A stretch of 64,000 bases of DNA from an uncultured delta proteobacterium (GCA_963782055.1 CAWAIF010000002.1:480001-544000), one strand, 5' to 3'. Counted from the stretch's first letter, positions 19,015-30,316 are shown. Notes: generated from the sequence alone by a model not told the origin. Numbers and translations: made by a program.

Positions 19015-20562
19015 ATGGACCTCCCTGCCGGCAGCGTCATCGCCTCGCGCTACCGCATCATCTCGCAGCTCGGGCGGGGAGGGATGGGCGCGGTGTACCT
19101 GGTGGAGCACGTCCACACCGGCGACCAGCTGGCGCTCAAGCTCCTGCACGGCTCCGCCGCCTTCGACCCGGAGTCGGTGGAGCGCTTCAAGCGGGAGGCT
19201 CGGGCCCCGGCGAAGATCCAGAGCGAGAACGTGGTCAAGGTGGTGGACGCCGACACCGCGCCCGAGCTCTCCGGCGCGCCCTTCCTGGTGATGGAGCTGT
19301 TGCGCGGCACCGACATGCAGCGTCTGGTGCACGAGCGCGGGCCGATGCCGCCGGAGGAGGTGCTGCGGCTGCTCGGCCAGCTCGCCCGCGCGCTGGACAA
19401 GGCGCACGTGCTCGGCATCGTCCATCGCGACCTGAAGCCGGAGAACCTCTTCTTGCACCACCGCGAGGACGGCACCTCGGTGGTGAAGATCCTGGACTTC
19501 GGCATCTCCAAGATGGTGGGCGCCGCGGCGACGAGCGGACCGGGCGCGATGACGCAGACGGGCGCGGTCTTCGGCACACCGCTGTACATGGCGCCGGAGC
19601 AGGCGCTCGGGCGGCCGGGCGACGTGGGTCCGCACACCGACGTCTGGGCCGTCGGGCTCATCGCCATCTATCTCTTGACGGGTCAATCGTACTGGGAGGG
19701 CCGCACCATCCCGGACATCCTCGCGAAGGTGCTGGGGTACGCGGTCTACGCGCCGACGAGCCGCTGGCCCTCCCTCCCGCGCGGCATCGACGCGTGGCTG
19801 TTGCGATCCTGCGCGCGCGAGCCGCAGGGCCGCTTCGCCACGGCGGGCGCGCAGGTGGCGGCGCTGGGCGAGGCGCTGCGCGCCCCCTCGTCGACGGCGT
19901 TCGCGCCCACGGTGCTGCCGGTATCGGGCGGGCCGGCGTCGGCGTTCGCGCCGATGCGGCCGAGCGCCCCGCCGTCCTACGTGCCGCCCAGCGCGCCCCA
20001 GGGCTACGCGCCGCAGCACGCGCAGCCCGGGATGCAACCGGTCCCGCCGTCGTACGGCGCGCGTCCGCCCGCCGCGCCCAGGGCCGCCGTGGGCGGCTCC
20101 ACCAACGAGCCGATCGTCCACGCGACGCTGCGCCCGCGCGGGGGCGGCGGCACGTCGGCCTCCACCCTCGTGGTGGTGGCGCTCGGTGTGCTGGTTCTCT
20201 TCGTCGGCAGCGTGGCGGCGACGGTCGCGTACGTGAAGAGCCGTGCGTCGGCGGCGTCGTCCGCGCCGTCGTCCGAGACCCCGCCGCCGCCGGTGTCCAT
20301 CGCGCCGGCCTTCACCGCGCCGGAGCTCGACGCGGGCCTCGCCCCGCTCAGCACCGCCACCGCGGCCGCCACGGCGACCCAGGTCGTGCACTCCGGCGCG
20401 ACGGCGACCGCGCCGAAGCCGACCGCGACGCACACCGCCGCGCCGCCGCCTCCCCCGAGCATTGACCGCGAGCAGTGCAAGCAGGGCTGCCGACGCGGCT
20501 GCGTGGACGCCGACGACCTCATGTCGTGCGTGGTGAAGTGCATCCGGTCGCAGTGCAACTGA
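19015..20562 (+). CDS. Membrane Ser/Thr protein kinase with a Cys-rich extracellular tip
   Basis: GRGGMG, HRDLKPEN, DFG and YMAPEQ motifs; TM helix; terminal C3C3C..C3C..C. Confidence 0.93.
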   Translation: MDLPAGSVIASRYRIISQLGRGGMGAVYLVEHVHTGDQLALKLLHGSAAFDPESVERFKREARAPAKIQSENVVKVVDADTAPELSGAPFLVMELLRGTDMQRLVHERGPMPPEEVLRLLGQLARALDKAHVLGIVHRDLKPENLFLHHREDGTSVVKILDFGISKMVGAAATSGPGAMTQTGAVFGTPLYMAPEQALGRPGDVGPHTDVWAVGLIAIYLLTGQSYWEGRTIPDILAKVLGYAVYAPTSRWPSLPRGIDAWLLRSCAREPQGRFATAGAQVAALGEALRAPSSTAFAPTVLPVSGGPASAFAPMRPSAPPSYVPPSAPQGYAPQHAQPGMQPVPPSYGARPPAAPRAAVGGSTNEPIVHATLRPRGGGGTSASTLVVVALGVLVLFVGSVAATVAYVKSRASAASSAPSSETPPPPVSIAPAFTAPELDAGLAPLSTATAAATATQVVHSGATATAPKPTATHTAAPPPPPSIDREQCKQGCRRGCVDADDLMSCVVKCIRSQCN

Positions 20563-20579
20563 GAAGCGCGCCGCGACGG

Positions 20580-23500
20580 TCAGGTGGCGTCGCTCAGCCA
20601 CTCCCCGGCCATCGCGAGCGTCCGCGCGTGCTCCGGGACCCGCGAGAGGAAGCTCTCCCGTCGCTCCGGATCGCTGATCCTGGCCGCGCGCTCCTGCAGC
20701 CCATCGCGCGCGGCGCGAATCGCCTCGCGCGCCGCCGCGACGTCGCCCGCGGCGTGCTCCAGCTCCGCGCACACCAGCCGGACGTAGCCTTCGCCTTCCT
20801 CGACGCCGTGCGCGTCCAGCGCCGCCCTCGCCTCGCGCGCCGCCGCGACCGCGGCCTGCATGTCCCCCGCGCGCCTGAGCGCGTCGGCGAGCGCCGCGTG
20901 AGCGTACGCGCGCAGCGCAGGAGTGGCCTCCAGCAGCGACACGGCCTTTCCCGCGTCGTCTCGTGCGCGCGGCGCGTCGCCCCGCTCCAGCGCGATGCGC
21001 GCGGCGTAGGTGAGGCACGCGCCCTCCATGCGCGCGTCGCCCTGCTCGCGCGACATCCGCGCGGCCTCGTCCTCCACCCGCGCACCCTCCTCCGCCGCGC
21101 CCGACCGCGCCAGCGCCCAGCCCAGGTTGTGCAGCGCCGCGGCGCGCACGTTGGACAGGCCCAGGCGCTCGGCCTCGACGAGCGCGGCGCGCAGGGACGC
21201 GGCGGCGTCGTGAAACCGCCCGAGCTCGATCAGCGCGTAGCCGGCGTTCACCCGCTCGAGACACGCGTTGCGTAACCGGCCGGCGCGCTCGAAGGCCGCC
21301 GCGGCGCGGTCCTTGAGCTCCGCGAGCGACCCGACGTCTCCGGCGAAGAGCGCGCGGATGGCGCGCGTCGCCTCCAGGTGGCCCTGGAACGCGTCGTCCT
21401 CGCAGGAGGCGTGCGCCTCCACGCGCTCCAGCAGCGTCGCGGCGAGCTCCGGCCGCGCGAAGAGGTTGTTCTGCGCGAGGCGCGCCCCCGCGGCGAGCAA
21501 GGTGGGGGTGGGCTCCGGTTCGGTCAGCGCCTCGGCCAGACGCTCGCTCCACCCCACGCCGCGCTCCACGTCGCCGGAGCGGAAGCTCAGCACCGCGCTC
21601 CGCGTGACCGCCTCCGCCCAGGCGTCACTCCGCTCGGGGAACAGGGACACAGCCTGCTCGCTCGGCTCCAGCCCGCGCACAATCTCGCCTCGCCAGAAGG
21701 CCGCCTCCGCTTGCAGGAGCCGCAGGCGCGCCAGCAGCTCGCCGTCGGCGCCGCCCCGCGCGCCGCGCTCGGCGCGATCGAACGCCACGCCGAGGGCGTT
21801 GCCCTCCAGCGCCTCCTCGGCGGCGCGCGCCCAGTGGACCGCGGCGCGGGCGCCGTCGCCGCCCTCCTCGAAGTGCTCGGCGAGCGCCACCGCGTCGTCG
21901 GCGCCGGACTTCTCCAGCCACCGGCCGGCGAGGGCATGCCCCAGGCGCCGGTCCTCGTCGGTGAGCATCGCGTAGGCGGCCTCGCGCACCAGCGCCTGCC
22001 GGAAGGCGTACTCCGTCTCGCCGCGCACGCTCGACTCGCCCCGCCCGGCGACCCACTCGCCCCGCTCCAGCACGTCCAGCAGGACGCCGACGTGCGTGGT
22101 GCGCGCGGCGCCGCCGAGGAGGGAGGTGACCGCCCCCGCCCAGAAGGTCCGGCCGAAGACGCTCGCCGCGCGGAGGACGCGCCGCGCCTCGGGGTCGAGC
22201 GCCGCGAGGCGCGCCTCCACCATGCCGAGCACCGTCTCCGGGACATCGGCGCGCCCCTCCGCCGCCGCGCGCATCAGCTCCTCCAGGGAGAAGGCATTGC
22301 CCTCCGCCTGCTCGGCGATGCGCGTCACCAGGGCGGCGTCGGCGTCCGCGCCCAGCACCGCGCGCACCAGCTTCTCCGACTGCCGCCGCGAGAGGTTGCG
22401 CAGCCGCACCACGAGCGGGCTGCGCGCCGCCCATAGCTCGGGGAACAGCTCGTCGATCTCCGGCCGCCCGAACGCCAGCGCCACCAGCGGCTGCTCCCGG
22501 CAGACGCCGAGCGCCAGGTCCACCAGCTCGACCGTGCCGACGTCGGCCCACTGCAGATCGTCGAGCACCAGCAGCAGCGGCGCGGCGGTGGCCTCGGCCT
22601 CGACGAGGTCCACCCACGCGCGCCGGATTCTGATCGCCCATCGTGATGGCGTCCCGGCGCGCCGTCGCGAGCGGGACGTTCTCCGGGAAGGGGGTCCCGA
22701 TCATCTCGCCCAGGAAGTCGGTCGCGCGCGCCGCCGTCTCGCCGTCCAGGTGCCGGGAGACCCGCGCCCGCAGCTTCTCGCGCCGCGCCTCCAGCGACTC
22801 GCCCGCCTGGATGCCCGCCTGCGCGCGCATCATCTGGGAGCACAGGCCGAAGGCGGCGCCGGCGCCCACAGGATCGCCCGCGGCCGACCACACCTGCACG
22901 TCGCCGCGCGCGCGCACGCGCCCCACGAGCTCGTGTGCGAGGCGCGTCTTCCCGACGCCGGGGGCCGCGGTGACGATGACCGCGCTCGCGGTGTCCTCGT
23001 CCGACGCGCGCGCGAGCGCGCTCTCCAGGAGCGCGAGGTCCGCCTCCCGGCCGACGCACGGCGTGGGCTTGCCCAGGAGGGTGCGCACCGCGTCGCGCCG
23101 CTCGCGAGCGCCGGCGAGCACGAGACCGGCGGCGTCGCCCTCCACCTCGAAGCGCGCGTCGAGCAGGCCGGCGGTCACGTGGTCCATGCGCAGGCCGCGA
23201 AGGGGACGCGGCGCGCGCAGCAGGCGGGCCGCGCGATCCAGCGCCTCCCCCACCGGCCGCGCGCCCGCGCCGGTGGCCACGGTGCGTCCGGTGGCGAGCG
23301 CCAGCGTCCCCTCCGGCGCCGCCGCCGCGAGCGCCAGCGCGCACGCCGCGGTGCGCCGCGCCTGATCGGTCGGCGCGCCGTCGCCCTCCAGCAGCACGAC
23401 GACCGAGCCGTCGGCGAGCGCCTCCACCCTGCCGCCGTGCTCCTCGGCGATGCGCCGGTACGGCTCGACCGACCCCTGCAACGCCGCGCGCGCCTCCGAC

Positions 23501-24435
23501 GCCGACATGCTGTCCCCCGCCACCGTCGCGGCCACGTCCCGGCCGTGCTCGATGAGCACGACCGACGCCAGGCGCCGCTCGCTGCGTCCCAGCGCCGGCG
23601 GCCTGCGGCTCAGCGACGCACGCGTCCCGACCTCGGTCAGCTCCAGGCCCAGGAGCTCGCGCGCCACCTCGAGGCCGTTGGCGGGGCGCGCCTCCGGATC
23701 CTTGGCGAGCATGCGCGCGACGAGCGCCTCCACGTCGGACGGCACCGCTGCCAGCTCGCCGAGGGGCGGCGCCTCCTCCAGCAGCACCTTCGCCAGCACC
23801 GCGGCGATGCTCTCCCCCCAGAACGCCGGGTGCCCGGCGATGCACTCGAAGAGCACGCCGCCCAGGGCGAAGACGTCGGCGCGCGCGTCCAGCCGCCGCT
23901 CGCCGCGCGCCTGCTCGGGGGCCATGTACACGGGCGTCCCGATCACCTGACCCACCGCGGTGAGCGACGAGCGCACCGCCCCGCGGGCGATGCCGAAGTC
24001 GAGCAGCTTGACCCGCGCCGGCTCGCCGCCCACCAGCCACAGGTTGGCCGGCTTCACGTCGCGGTGGATCACCCCGCGCAGGTGGGCCGCGCCGAGCGCC
24101 TCGGCGGTGGCGCGCACCACCATCACGCTCTCCTGCACGGTGAGTCCCTGGCGCTCCAGCCGCTGCTCCAGGTCCTCGCCCTCCAGCCACTCCATCGCGA
24201 TCCACGACGGGCCGTGCGCGACGTAGCGGACGATCCCCGGGTGCGCGATCTCCGCCAGCAGGGACGCCTCCCGCTCCAGCCGCCGCGCGCCGTCCGCGCT
24301 CAGGCCGTGCATGACCTTCAGCGCCACCCGCTCGCCGGTCTGCCGGTCGTGCGCGCGGTAGACCGCCCCCATGCCGCCCGCGCCGGCCTCCGCCTCGATC
24401 TCGAAGCGGTCGAAGGCGATCTCCCCGGGGCGCAT
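20580..24435 (-). CDS. Ser/Thr kinase + degenerate cyclase + AAA (STAND) ATPase + TPR protein; one +1 frameshift at about 22629
   Basis: Kinase motifs HRDVKPAN and DFG; Walker A APGVGKT in the 21625-24726 frame; Walker B LVLDDLQWAD and TPRs in the 20580-22613 frame; removing one A gives GDQIRRAWVDL. Confidence 0.85.
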
Positions 24436-24446
24436 GGCCCCCCAGC

Positions 24447-25322
24447 CTACTTCCCGAGGAGCCTGCGCGCCTCCTCCGCGTGCAGGCCCGTCGGGTACGC
24501 CGTCTCGTAGGCCTCGACGCCGATGCACGCGTCGCGCGTGCGCTTCTGCCGGCAGTCTTCGGCGCCCGCCTTCTGCCAGGAGTTCTCGTCCTTGCGCAGG
24601 CGCTCCAGCCCGGGCACCGCCTGCGTGAGCACGCGTGTCGCCTCGGAGGTGTGCGAGCCGTGCGGGTGCTTCTCCAGGTAGCCGCGCACGCCGTCGCACG
24701 CGTCGAGCGTCGCCGGCACCTTGCACACGACGGTGTCCACCGCGAACCAGTCGCGATCGTCCTGCGAGTCGGAGGCCGGGCCGGAGGGCCTCCCCGCGCC
24801 CTGCGCCGGCGCGGCCGCGCCCTTGAGCTCGCGGGCGTAGCGCGCGACGCGTGCGGAGTGGGCGAAGTCGCTCACCAGCGTGCCCACCGCGTCGTCGTCC
24901 GGCGCGTCACCCGGGTAGCCGCGGTAGTCGACGAGGAACTGGCCGAGCACGCGCGCGCCCGCCGTCACGTCCAGGCGCACGGTGTACTTCCGGCGTCGCT
25001 GGCCGTTCTTCACCACCTGCCAGACGGAGTCGTCGGCGCCGACCGACACGTGCGGGACGAGCTCCACATCGTGCGCGGCGGACTGCTGGGTGACCACGGT
25101 GAAGCCGCTCTGGACGAGGGCGTTCTGCAGCGCGCTGCCGACATCGACCTCGCCGCCTCCCGGGGAGACGTACAGGGCGAGCTGCATCACCTCGGCCGGG
25201 GGCGGCCTGGAGTTCGCCGCGCTCCGGGCGCCAGCCTCTTCTCCGCCGCACCCGGCGGCGAGCGGGGCGAGGGCCAGCACGAGCGCGCAGAGACCTGCGA
25301 GAAGAGGGTTTCGGGCGTGCAT
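24447..25322 (-). CDS. Hypothetical lipoprotein with tandem C-terminal 'Y...P.G.H..EA' repeats
   Basis: LAAGC lipobox; YLEKHPHGSHTSEA and YETAYPTGLHAEEA. Confidence 0.7.
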   Translation of the reverse strand: MHARNPLLAGLCALVLALAPLAAGCGGEEAGARSAANSRPPPAEVMQLALYVSPGGGEVDVGSALQNALVQSGFTVVTQQSAAHDVELVPHVSVGADDSVWQVVKNGQRRRKYTVRLDVTAGARVLGQFLVDYRGYPGDAPDDDAVGTLVSDFAHSARVARYARELKGAAAPAQGAGRPSGPASDSQDDRDWFAVDTVVCKVPATLDACDGVRGYLEKHPHGSHTSEATRVLTQAVPGLERLRKDENSWQKAGAEDCRQKRTRDACIGVEAYETAYPTGLHAEEARRLLGK

Positions 25323-26194
25323 CAGGGCTTGGGGACGGGGCTTCCATCCTTCCATACGTAGAAACCCTCGCCCGTCTTCTTTCCCAGCTTGCCCGCCCTC
25401 ACCATTTTTCGCAGCAAGGGCGGCGGCCGGAACTGATCGCCCACCTCCCGGAAGAGGTGCTCCAGGATGGAGAGGCGCACGTCCAGCCCGACGAGGTCGG
25501 TCAGCTTGAGCGGGCCCATCGGGTGGCGGTAGCCGAGCTCCATCGCGCGGTCGATGTCGGCCGCGCTGGCGACGCCGGTCTCCAGCATGCGGATCGCCTC
25601 CGCGCCCAGGATGACGCCGAGCCGGCTGGAGGCGAAGCCCGGCGTGTCCTGCACCACGATGGGCGTCTTCTTGAGCTGCGAGGCGAAATCGGTCGCGCGC
25701 CGGAGCGTCTCGTCGCTCGTGCCCAGGCCGCGCACGACCTCCAGCAGCTCCATCACGGGCGCGGGGTTGAAGAAGTGCAGGCCCACCGTGCGCTCCGCCG
25801 CGCCGATGCGCGCGCCCAGCTCGGTGATGCTGAGGGAGGAGGTGTTGCTGGCGAGGAGCGCGCTGCGCGGCGCGGCGTCCACGACCTCCTTGAAGAGCGA
25901 GACCTTGAGCGCCATGTCCTCCGGCACCGCCTCGACGACGATGTCGGCGCCGTGGCAGGCGTCGTACACGCTGTCCACCGCCGAGAGGCGCGCGAGCGTC
26001 TCCTTGCGCTCCTCGTCGCTGATGCGCGCCTTGACCACCAGCTTCTCCAGCTGCGCGCCGATGCCAGCCATCGCCGCCTCGCGCCGCGCGGCGTCGACGT
26101 CGAACATGCGCGTCCGTAGCCCGCGTGTCGCCGCGAGCTGCGCGATTCCCTGACCCATCGTGCCGGTGCCGAGCACCGCGACCGTCGCGTCCAT
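25322..26194 (-). CDS. 3-hydroxyacyl/3-hydroxybutyryl-CoA dehydrogenase
   Basis: GTGTMG, EAVPE, SNTSS, GLHFFNP and PMGPL motifs. Confidence 0.95.
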   Translation of the reverse strand: MDATVAVLGTGTMGQGIAQLAATRGLRTRMFDVDAARREAAMAGIGAQLEKLVVKARISDEERKETLARLSAVDSVYDACHGADIVVEAVPEDMALKVSLFKEVVDAAPRSALLASNTSSLSITELGARIGAAERTVGLHFFNPAPVMELLEVVRGLGTSDETLRRATDFASQLKKTPIVVQDTPGFASSRLGVILGAEAIRMLETGVASAADIDRAMELGYRHPMGPLKLTDLVGLDVRLSILEHLFREVGDQFRPPPLLRKMVRAGKLGKKTGEGFYVWKDGSPVPKP

Positions 26195-26202
26195 GGCTCA
26201 CC

Positions 26203-26961
26203 CTATCCGACGAGGACAGCGCCCCCGTTCACGTTGAAGATCTCCCCGGTGACGAAGCCGGCGCCCTCGGTGCAGAGGAAGGTCACCGGCCCGGCGATCT
26301 CCTCCGGCGTGCCGACGCGCCCGAGGGGGATCGTGCCCAGCACCTTGGCACGCTCCGCCGGGTCGTCCAGCGAGGCCGCCGACATGGGCGTGAGCACCCA
26401 GCCCGGCGCGACGCAGTTGACGCGCACGCCGTGCCCCGCCAGCTCCGGCGCCAGGCTCTTGGTCAGGCTCACCAGCGCGCCCTTGCTGGCGGCGTAGTGC
26501 GCGTGCAGCGCCTCCCCCCGCTGGGCCGCGGTGCTCGCGATGAGCACGAGGTGCCCCTTGCGGCGCGGCTTCATCCGCCGCGCGGCTGCGCCGGCGACCG
26601 CGAAGACCCCGCGCACGTTGGCGTCCATGGTCTCGTCGTAGTCGGCCTCGGTCATGGCGTCGATGGCCGCTTCCTTCCAGACGCCGTGGTTGAGCACGAC
26701 ATGGTCCAGCGGGCCGATCGCCGCCTCCGCCGCCGCGACGAGCCGCTCGCCCTCGTCCCAGCGGGAGAGGTCCGCGTGGACCGCCACCGCGCGGCGTCCG
26801 AGCTTCTGCACCTCGGCCACGACGCGCGCGGCGCCCGCCTCGTCCGTCTTGAAGTGCACGACGACGTCCGCCCCCGCGCCCGCCAGCGCCACCGCGCAGG
26901 CCGCGCCGATCCCCTTGCTCGCGCCGGTGACGAGCGCGCGCTGCCCCGCCAGGCCGCTCAC
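26203..26961 (-). CDS. SDR family oxidoreductase (FabG-like)
   Basis: TGASKGIG, YAASK and NCVAPG motifs; GTG start at 26961. Confidence 0.92.
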   Translation of the reverse strand: MSGLAGQRALVTGASKGIGAACAVALAGAGADVVVHFKTDEAGAARVVAEVQKLGRRAVAVHADLSRWDEGERLVAAAEAAIGPLDHVVLNHGVWKEAAIDAMTEADYDETMDANVRGVFAVAGAAARRMKPRRKGHLVLIASTAAQRGEALHAHYAASKGALVSLTKSLAPELAGHGVRVNCVAPGWVLTPMSAASLDDPAERAKVLGTIPLGRVGTPEEIAGPVTFLCTEGAGFVTGEIFNVNGGAVLVG

Positions 26962-27671
26962 GCGCGCTTCTCGCGCAGCCCCGCGAGCGACGCGCCGCAC
27001 GCGCACGTCTTGGGAACGCTCGCCTTCTGGTAGACGCGCTCGCACCGCGGGCACACGCGCGCGTCCGGCTCGAAGGCGATGATCTTGTCCGTCTCCGCGC
27101 AGCGGCGCCCCACGAGCTGCAGCGGCGGGCAGTCCAGCACCTCGCCCTGATCCTTGGAGGGCGCGCCGATGGCGCCGAGGGTCTCCTCCGAGAGGTCCAC
27201 GTGCTCCGGGATGCGGGCGCGCGCCTCCTTCGCCAGCCACGGCATCGCGCCGGGCAGCGAGACGCGGTCGACGCGCACGGTGAGGTCATCCCCCGACTCG
27301 TCCTTGCCGGTCACCACCAGCGCCTCCGGGTCGCCTGTCAGCGACTCCACGCGCCACCACGCCATGCGGCGCACGCCGCCGCGCTCCACCGCCAGGCCGG
27401 CCTGGCCGATGCGGATCGCCGCCTCGCTGCTCGTGCCGATCCAGATGGCGATGCCGAGCAGGATGGCGCCCGCGGCGAGGATCCACGGCGCGTACTTGAA
27501 GGGCTCGAGCGCGTCCGCGCGCACGTACGAGCCGAACTGCCCCCACACGCCGGCGCCGAGCATGATGCCGCCGATCCCCCCGACGACGTACACGACGGTG
27601 GGGTTGGTCTTCGCCTTCGGGACGAAGCGCCGTTCGGTCCGCGCGCGCTTGGCTTGCTTCTTCTTGCTCAT
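26958..27671 (-). CDS. Two-TM membrane protein with a C-terminal Cys (RING/Zn-finger-like) cluster
   Basis: Two TM segments; C..(x14)CPRC...CACG. Confidence 0.7.
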   Translation of the reverse strand: MSKKKQAKRARTERRFVPKAKTNPTVVYVVGGIGGIMLGAGVWGQFGSYVRADALEPFKYAPWILAAGAILLGIAIWIGTSSEAAIRIGQAGLAVERGGVRRMAWWRVESLTGDPEALVVTGKDESGDDLTVRVDRVSLPGAMPWLAKEARARIPEHVDLSEETLGAIGAPSKDQGEVLDCPPLQLVGRRCAETDKIIAFEPDARVCPRCERVYQKASVPKTCACGASLAGLREKRA

Positions 27672-27776
27672 CGTTCGGCCGCGCACATTACTCAATTTCG
27701 GAGCGCGCGCGAGCGTTCAAGCCGGGCCGCCGGCGGCCTGCGCGGAGGCGGGACGGGGTGGTAGGCTCCGCGTCCC

Positions 27777-29969
27777 ATGCGACGCACCCTCCTCCTCTTC
27801 GGTGCCCTGGTCCTCGTGGCGTGCGGGGCCGAGCCGCCGCCGCCCCCGCAAGCTCGCCCCACCCCGCTCCCCACGGCGAAGCCGGAGGCCGGGCCCGCCC
27901 CCGTGGTCGACCGCTACGGCTACCCGCCCACGCGCCGCAAGGACGTCACCGACACCCTCTTCGGCGTGCGGATCACCGACCCGTACCGCTGGCTGGAGGA
28001 CGGCAGCTCGCCGGAGGTGAAGGCGTGGGCCCACGCCGAGGACACCTTCGCGCGGGCGCGCCTCGCCAAGCTCCCCGAGCGCGACGCCATCGCCAAGCGC
28101 CTCGCCGAGCTCTTCTACGTGGAGACCGAGAGCCCGCCCGATCACGAGGGCAACCGCTGGTTCTGGTCGCACCGCGCGCCCAGGCAGGAGAAGTCGGTCG
28201 TCTACTGGCGGCAGGGCAAGAAGGGCAAGCCCAAGGTGCTGCTCGACCCCAACGCGTGGTCGGACGACGGCAGCGTCTCGCTCGGCCACTGGGACGCCTC
28301 GCTCGACGGCAAGCGCGTCGCCTACAACCAGAAGAGCAACAACTCCGACGAGGCGACGATGCACGTCATCGACGTCGCCAGCGGGAAGGTCTCCAGCGTC
28401 GACGTCATCAAGGGCACCAAGTACAGCGGCGCCTCCTGGACGCCGAAGGGCGACGGCTTCTACTACACGTACACGCCCCCCGCGGACGGCCACATCATCA
28501 CCGTCGCCGACAGGCCGGGCTTCGCCGAGGTGCGCTTCCACAAGCTGGGCACCGACCCGGCGCAGGACGCGGTGGTGCACGAGCGCACCGGCGACCCGAA
28601 GACCTTCATCGGCTCGGAGATCTCCCGCGACGGCCACTTCCTGCTCACCTACCTGGAGCACGGCTGGACCAGCACAGATGTATTCTACAAAGATCTCCGC
28701 CACGGCACGCCCAAGGCGTGGACGCCGCTGGTGAAGGGACAGCCGCACAAGTACGAGGTGTGGGTCTGGAAGGACCGCTTCTACGTCCGCACCGACGACG
28801 GCGCGGAGAACTACCACATCTTCAAGGTCGACCCGGCGAAGCCGGACCGCAAGGACTGGGTGGAGATTGTCCCGGAGCGCAAGGACGCCACGCTGCACAG
28901 CTTCAATATCGTCGGCAACCACCTGGCGCTCTCGTACCTGAAGGACGTCGTCTCCCACCTGGAGGTGCACGACCTGGACGGCAAGCTGGTGCGCGAGGTG
29001 AAGCTGCCCGCCATCGGCGACGCCTCGGTGCTGATGGGCAACCCCGGAGACGACGACGCCTACTACACCTTCGAGTCCTTCACCTACCCGCGGGAGATCG
29101 ACGAGACGAGCATCAAGACCGGCAAGACCTCTCTGTACTTCCGGATGAAGAGCCCGGTCGACCCGTCCAAGTTCACCGTGGAGCAGCTCTTCGCCACGTC
29201 CAAGGACGGCACGCGCGTCCCGTACTTCGTCGTCAAGCCGGTGGACTTCAAGGCGGACGGCAAGGCGAAGGCGCTGGTGTACGGCTACGGCGGGTTCCTC
29301 GTCACGCAGAGCCCGTACTTCACCTCCTCGGCCTACCCGTGGCTGGAGCGCGGCGGCATCTACGTGAGCGTCAACCTGCGCGGTGGCGGCGAGTACGGCG
29401 AGGCGTGGCACCAGGCCGGCCAGCGCCACAACAAGCAGCACGTCTTCGACGACCTCTTCGCGGTGCTGGAGAAGCTGGCGAAGGACAAGTACACGAGCGC
29501 GAGCCGCATCGCGGTGCGCGGCGCCTCCAACGGCGGTCTGCTCGTCGCCGCCGCGGTGACCGAGCGTCCCGACCTCTTCCGCGTCGGCCTCTGCGGCGTG
29601 CCGCTGGTGGACATGCTCCGCTACCAGCTCTTCGGCTCGGGCAAGACGTGGATCGAGGAGTACGGCTCGGCGGACAACGAGGCGGACTTCAAGGCGCTCT
29701 ACGCCTACTCGCCCTACCAGCACGTCACGCCCGGCGTGCACTACCCGTCGCTGCTGGTGCTCTCCGCCGACAGCGACGACCGCGTCGACCCGATGCACGC
29801 GCGCAAGTTCGTGGCGCGCATGCAGGCGGCGTCGGCGGGTGGCCCGGTGCTGCTGCGCGTGGAGAAGCACAGCGGCCACGGAGGGGCGGACCTGGTGCGC
29901 GCCGCGGTGGCGAAGATCGCCGACGAGCTCGCCTTCGCCTGGGACGAGATCGACAAGCCCAGGCCCTGA
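27777..29969 (+). CDS. Prolyl oligopeptidase (S9A) lipoprotein
   Basis: DPYRWLED, GASNGGLL, DDRV and SGHG motifs. Confidence 0.95.
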   Translation: MRRTLLLFGALVLVACGAEPPPPPQARPTPLPTAKPEAGPAPVVDRYGYPPTRRKDVTDTLFGVRITDPYRWLEDGSSPEVKAWAHAEDTFARARLAKLPERDAIAKRLAELFYVETESPPDHEGNRWFWSHRAPRQEKSVVYWRQGKKGKPKVLLDPNAWSDDGSVSLGHWDASLDGKRVAYNQKSNNSDEATMHVIDVASGKVSSVDVIKGTKYSGASWTPKGDGFYYTYTPPADGHIITVADRPGFAEVRFHKLGTDPAQDAVVHERTGDPKTFIGSEISRDGHFLLTYLEHGWTSTDVFYKDLRHGTPKAWTPLVKGQPHKYEVWVWKDRFYVRTDDGAENYHIFKVDPAKPDRKDWVEIVPERKDATLHSFNIVGNHLALSYLKDVVSHLEVHDLDGKLVREVKLPAIGDASVLMGNPGDDDAYYTFESFTYPREIDETSIKTGKTSLYFRMKSPVDPSKFTVEQLFATSKDGTRVPYFVVKPVDFKADGKAKALVYGYGGFLVTQSPYFTSSAYPWLERGGIYVSVNLRGGGEYGEAWHQAGQRHNKQHVFDDLFAVLEKLAKDKYTSASRIAVRGASNGGLLVAAAVTERPDLFRVGLCGVPLVDMLRYQLFGSGKTWIEEYGSADNEADFKALYAYSPYQHVTPGVHYPSLLVLSADSDDRVDPMHARKFVARMQAASAGGPVLLRVEKHSGHGGADLVRAAVAKIADELAFAWDEIDKPRP

Positions 29970-30009
29970 CCGGCGGCACGTAGACTGCGCGGGCCCCTCC
30001 CGGCACGAC

Positions 30010-30110
30010 GGGCGTGGCCGGCGCGTCGCCGGGCGTCGCCGGGCGTCGCCAGGCGTGGCCGGGCGTCGCCGGACGTCGCCGGGCGTCGCCGGGCGTCGCC
30101 GGCGCGTCCC
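30010..30110. repeat. Intergenic tandem array of about 10 near-palindromic 10-bp units (GGGCGTCGCC)
   Basis: Seven units in exact 10-bp phase at 30031-30100, plus degenerate flanking units. Confidence 0.9.
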
Positions 30111-30287
30111 GCGCCAACGCCCGACGGGTGGGGGGGAGGTCGCACCGCCCACGCGAGACGCCGCCTCGAGTCCCTCCCGCCCTCGCCTGTCCCCCCTGTC
30201 CCCTCCCCCTGTCCCGGGACACCCGCGTCGAATTGCAAGCATGCTTGTCGTTCGACGTTTCTGCGGGGTTCTGCGGAGAGGGGGGGG

Positions 30288-30303
30288 TGGCACGGGGGGT
30301 GCT
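30288..30303 (+). promoter_or_regulatory. Putative sigma54 (-24/-12) promoter of the MarR gene
   Basis: TGGCACGGGGGGTGCT matches TGGCACG-N4-TTGCW with exact GG-N10-GC spacing. Confidence 0.6.
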
Positions 30304-30316
30304 TTGGGGGGGGCGT

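Noticed and set aside
30010..30110. CRISPR array
   Set aside because: Contiguous 10-bp units with no spacers; no cas genes in the window.
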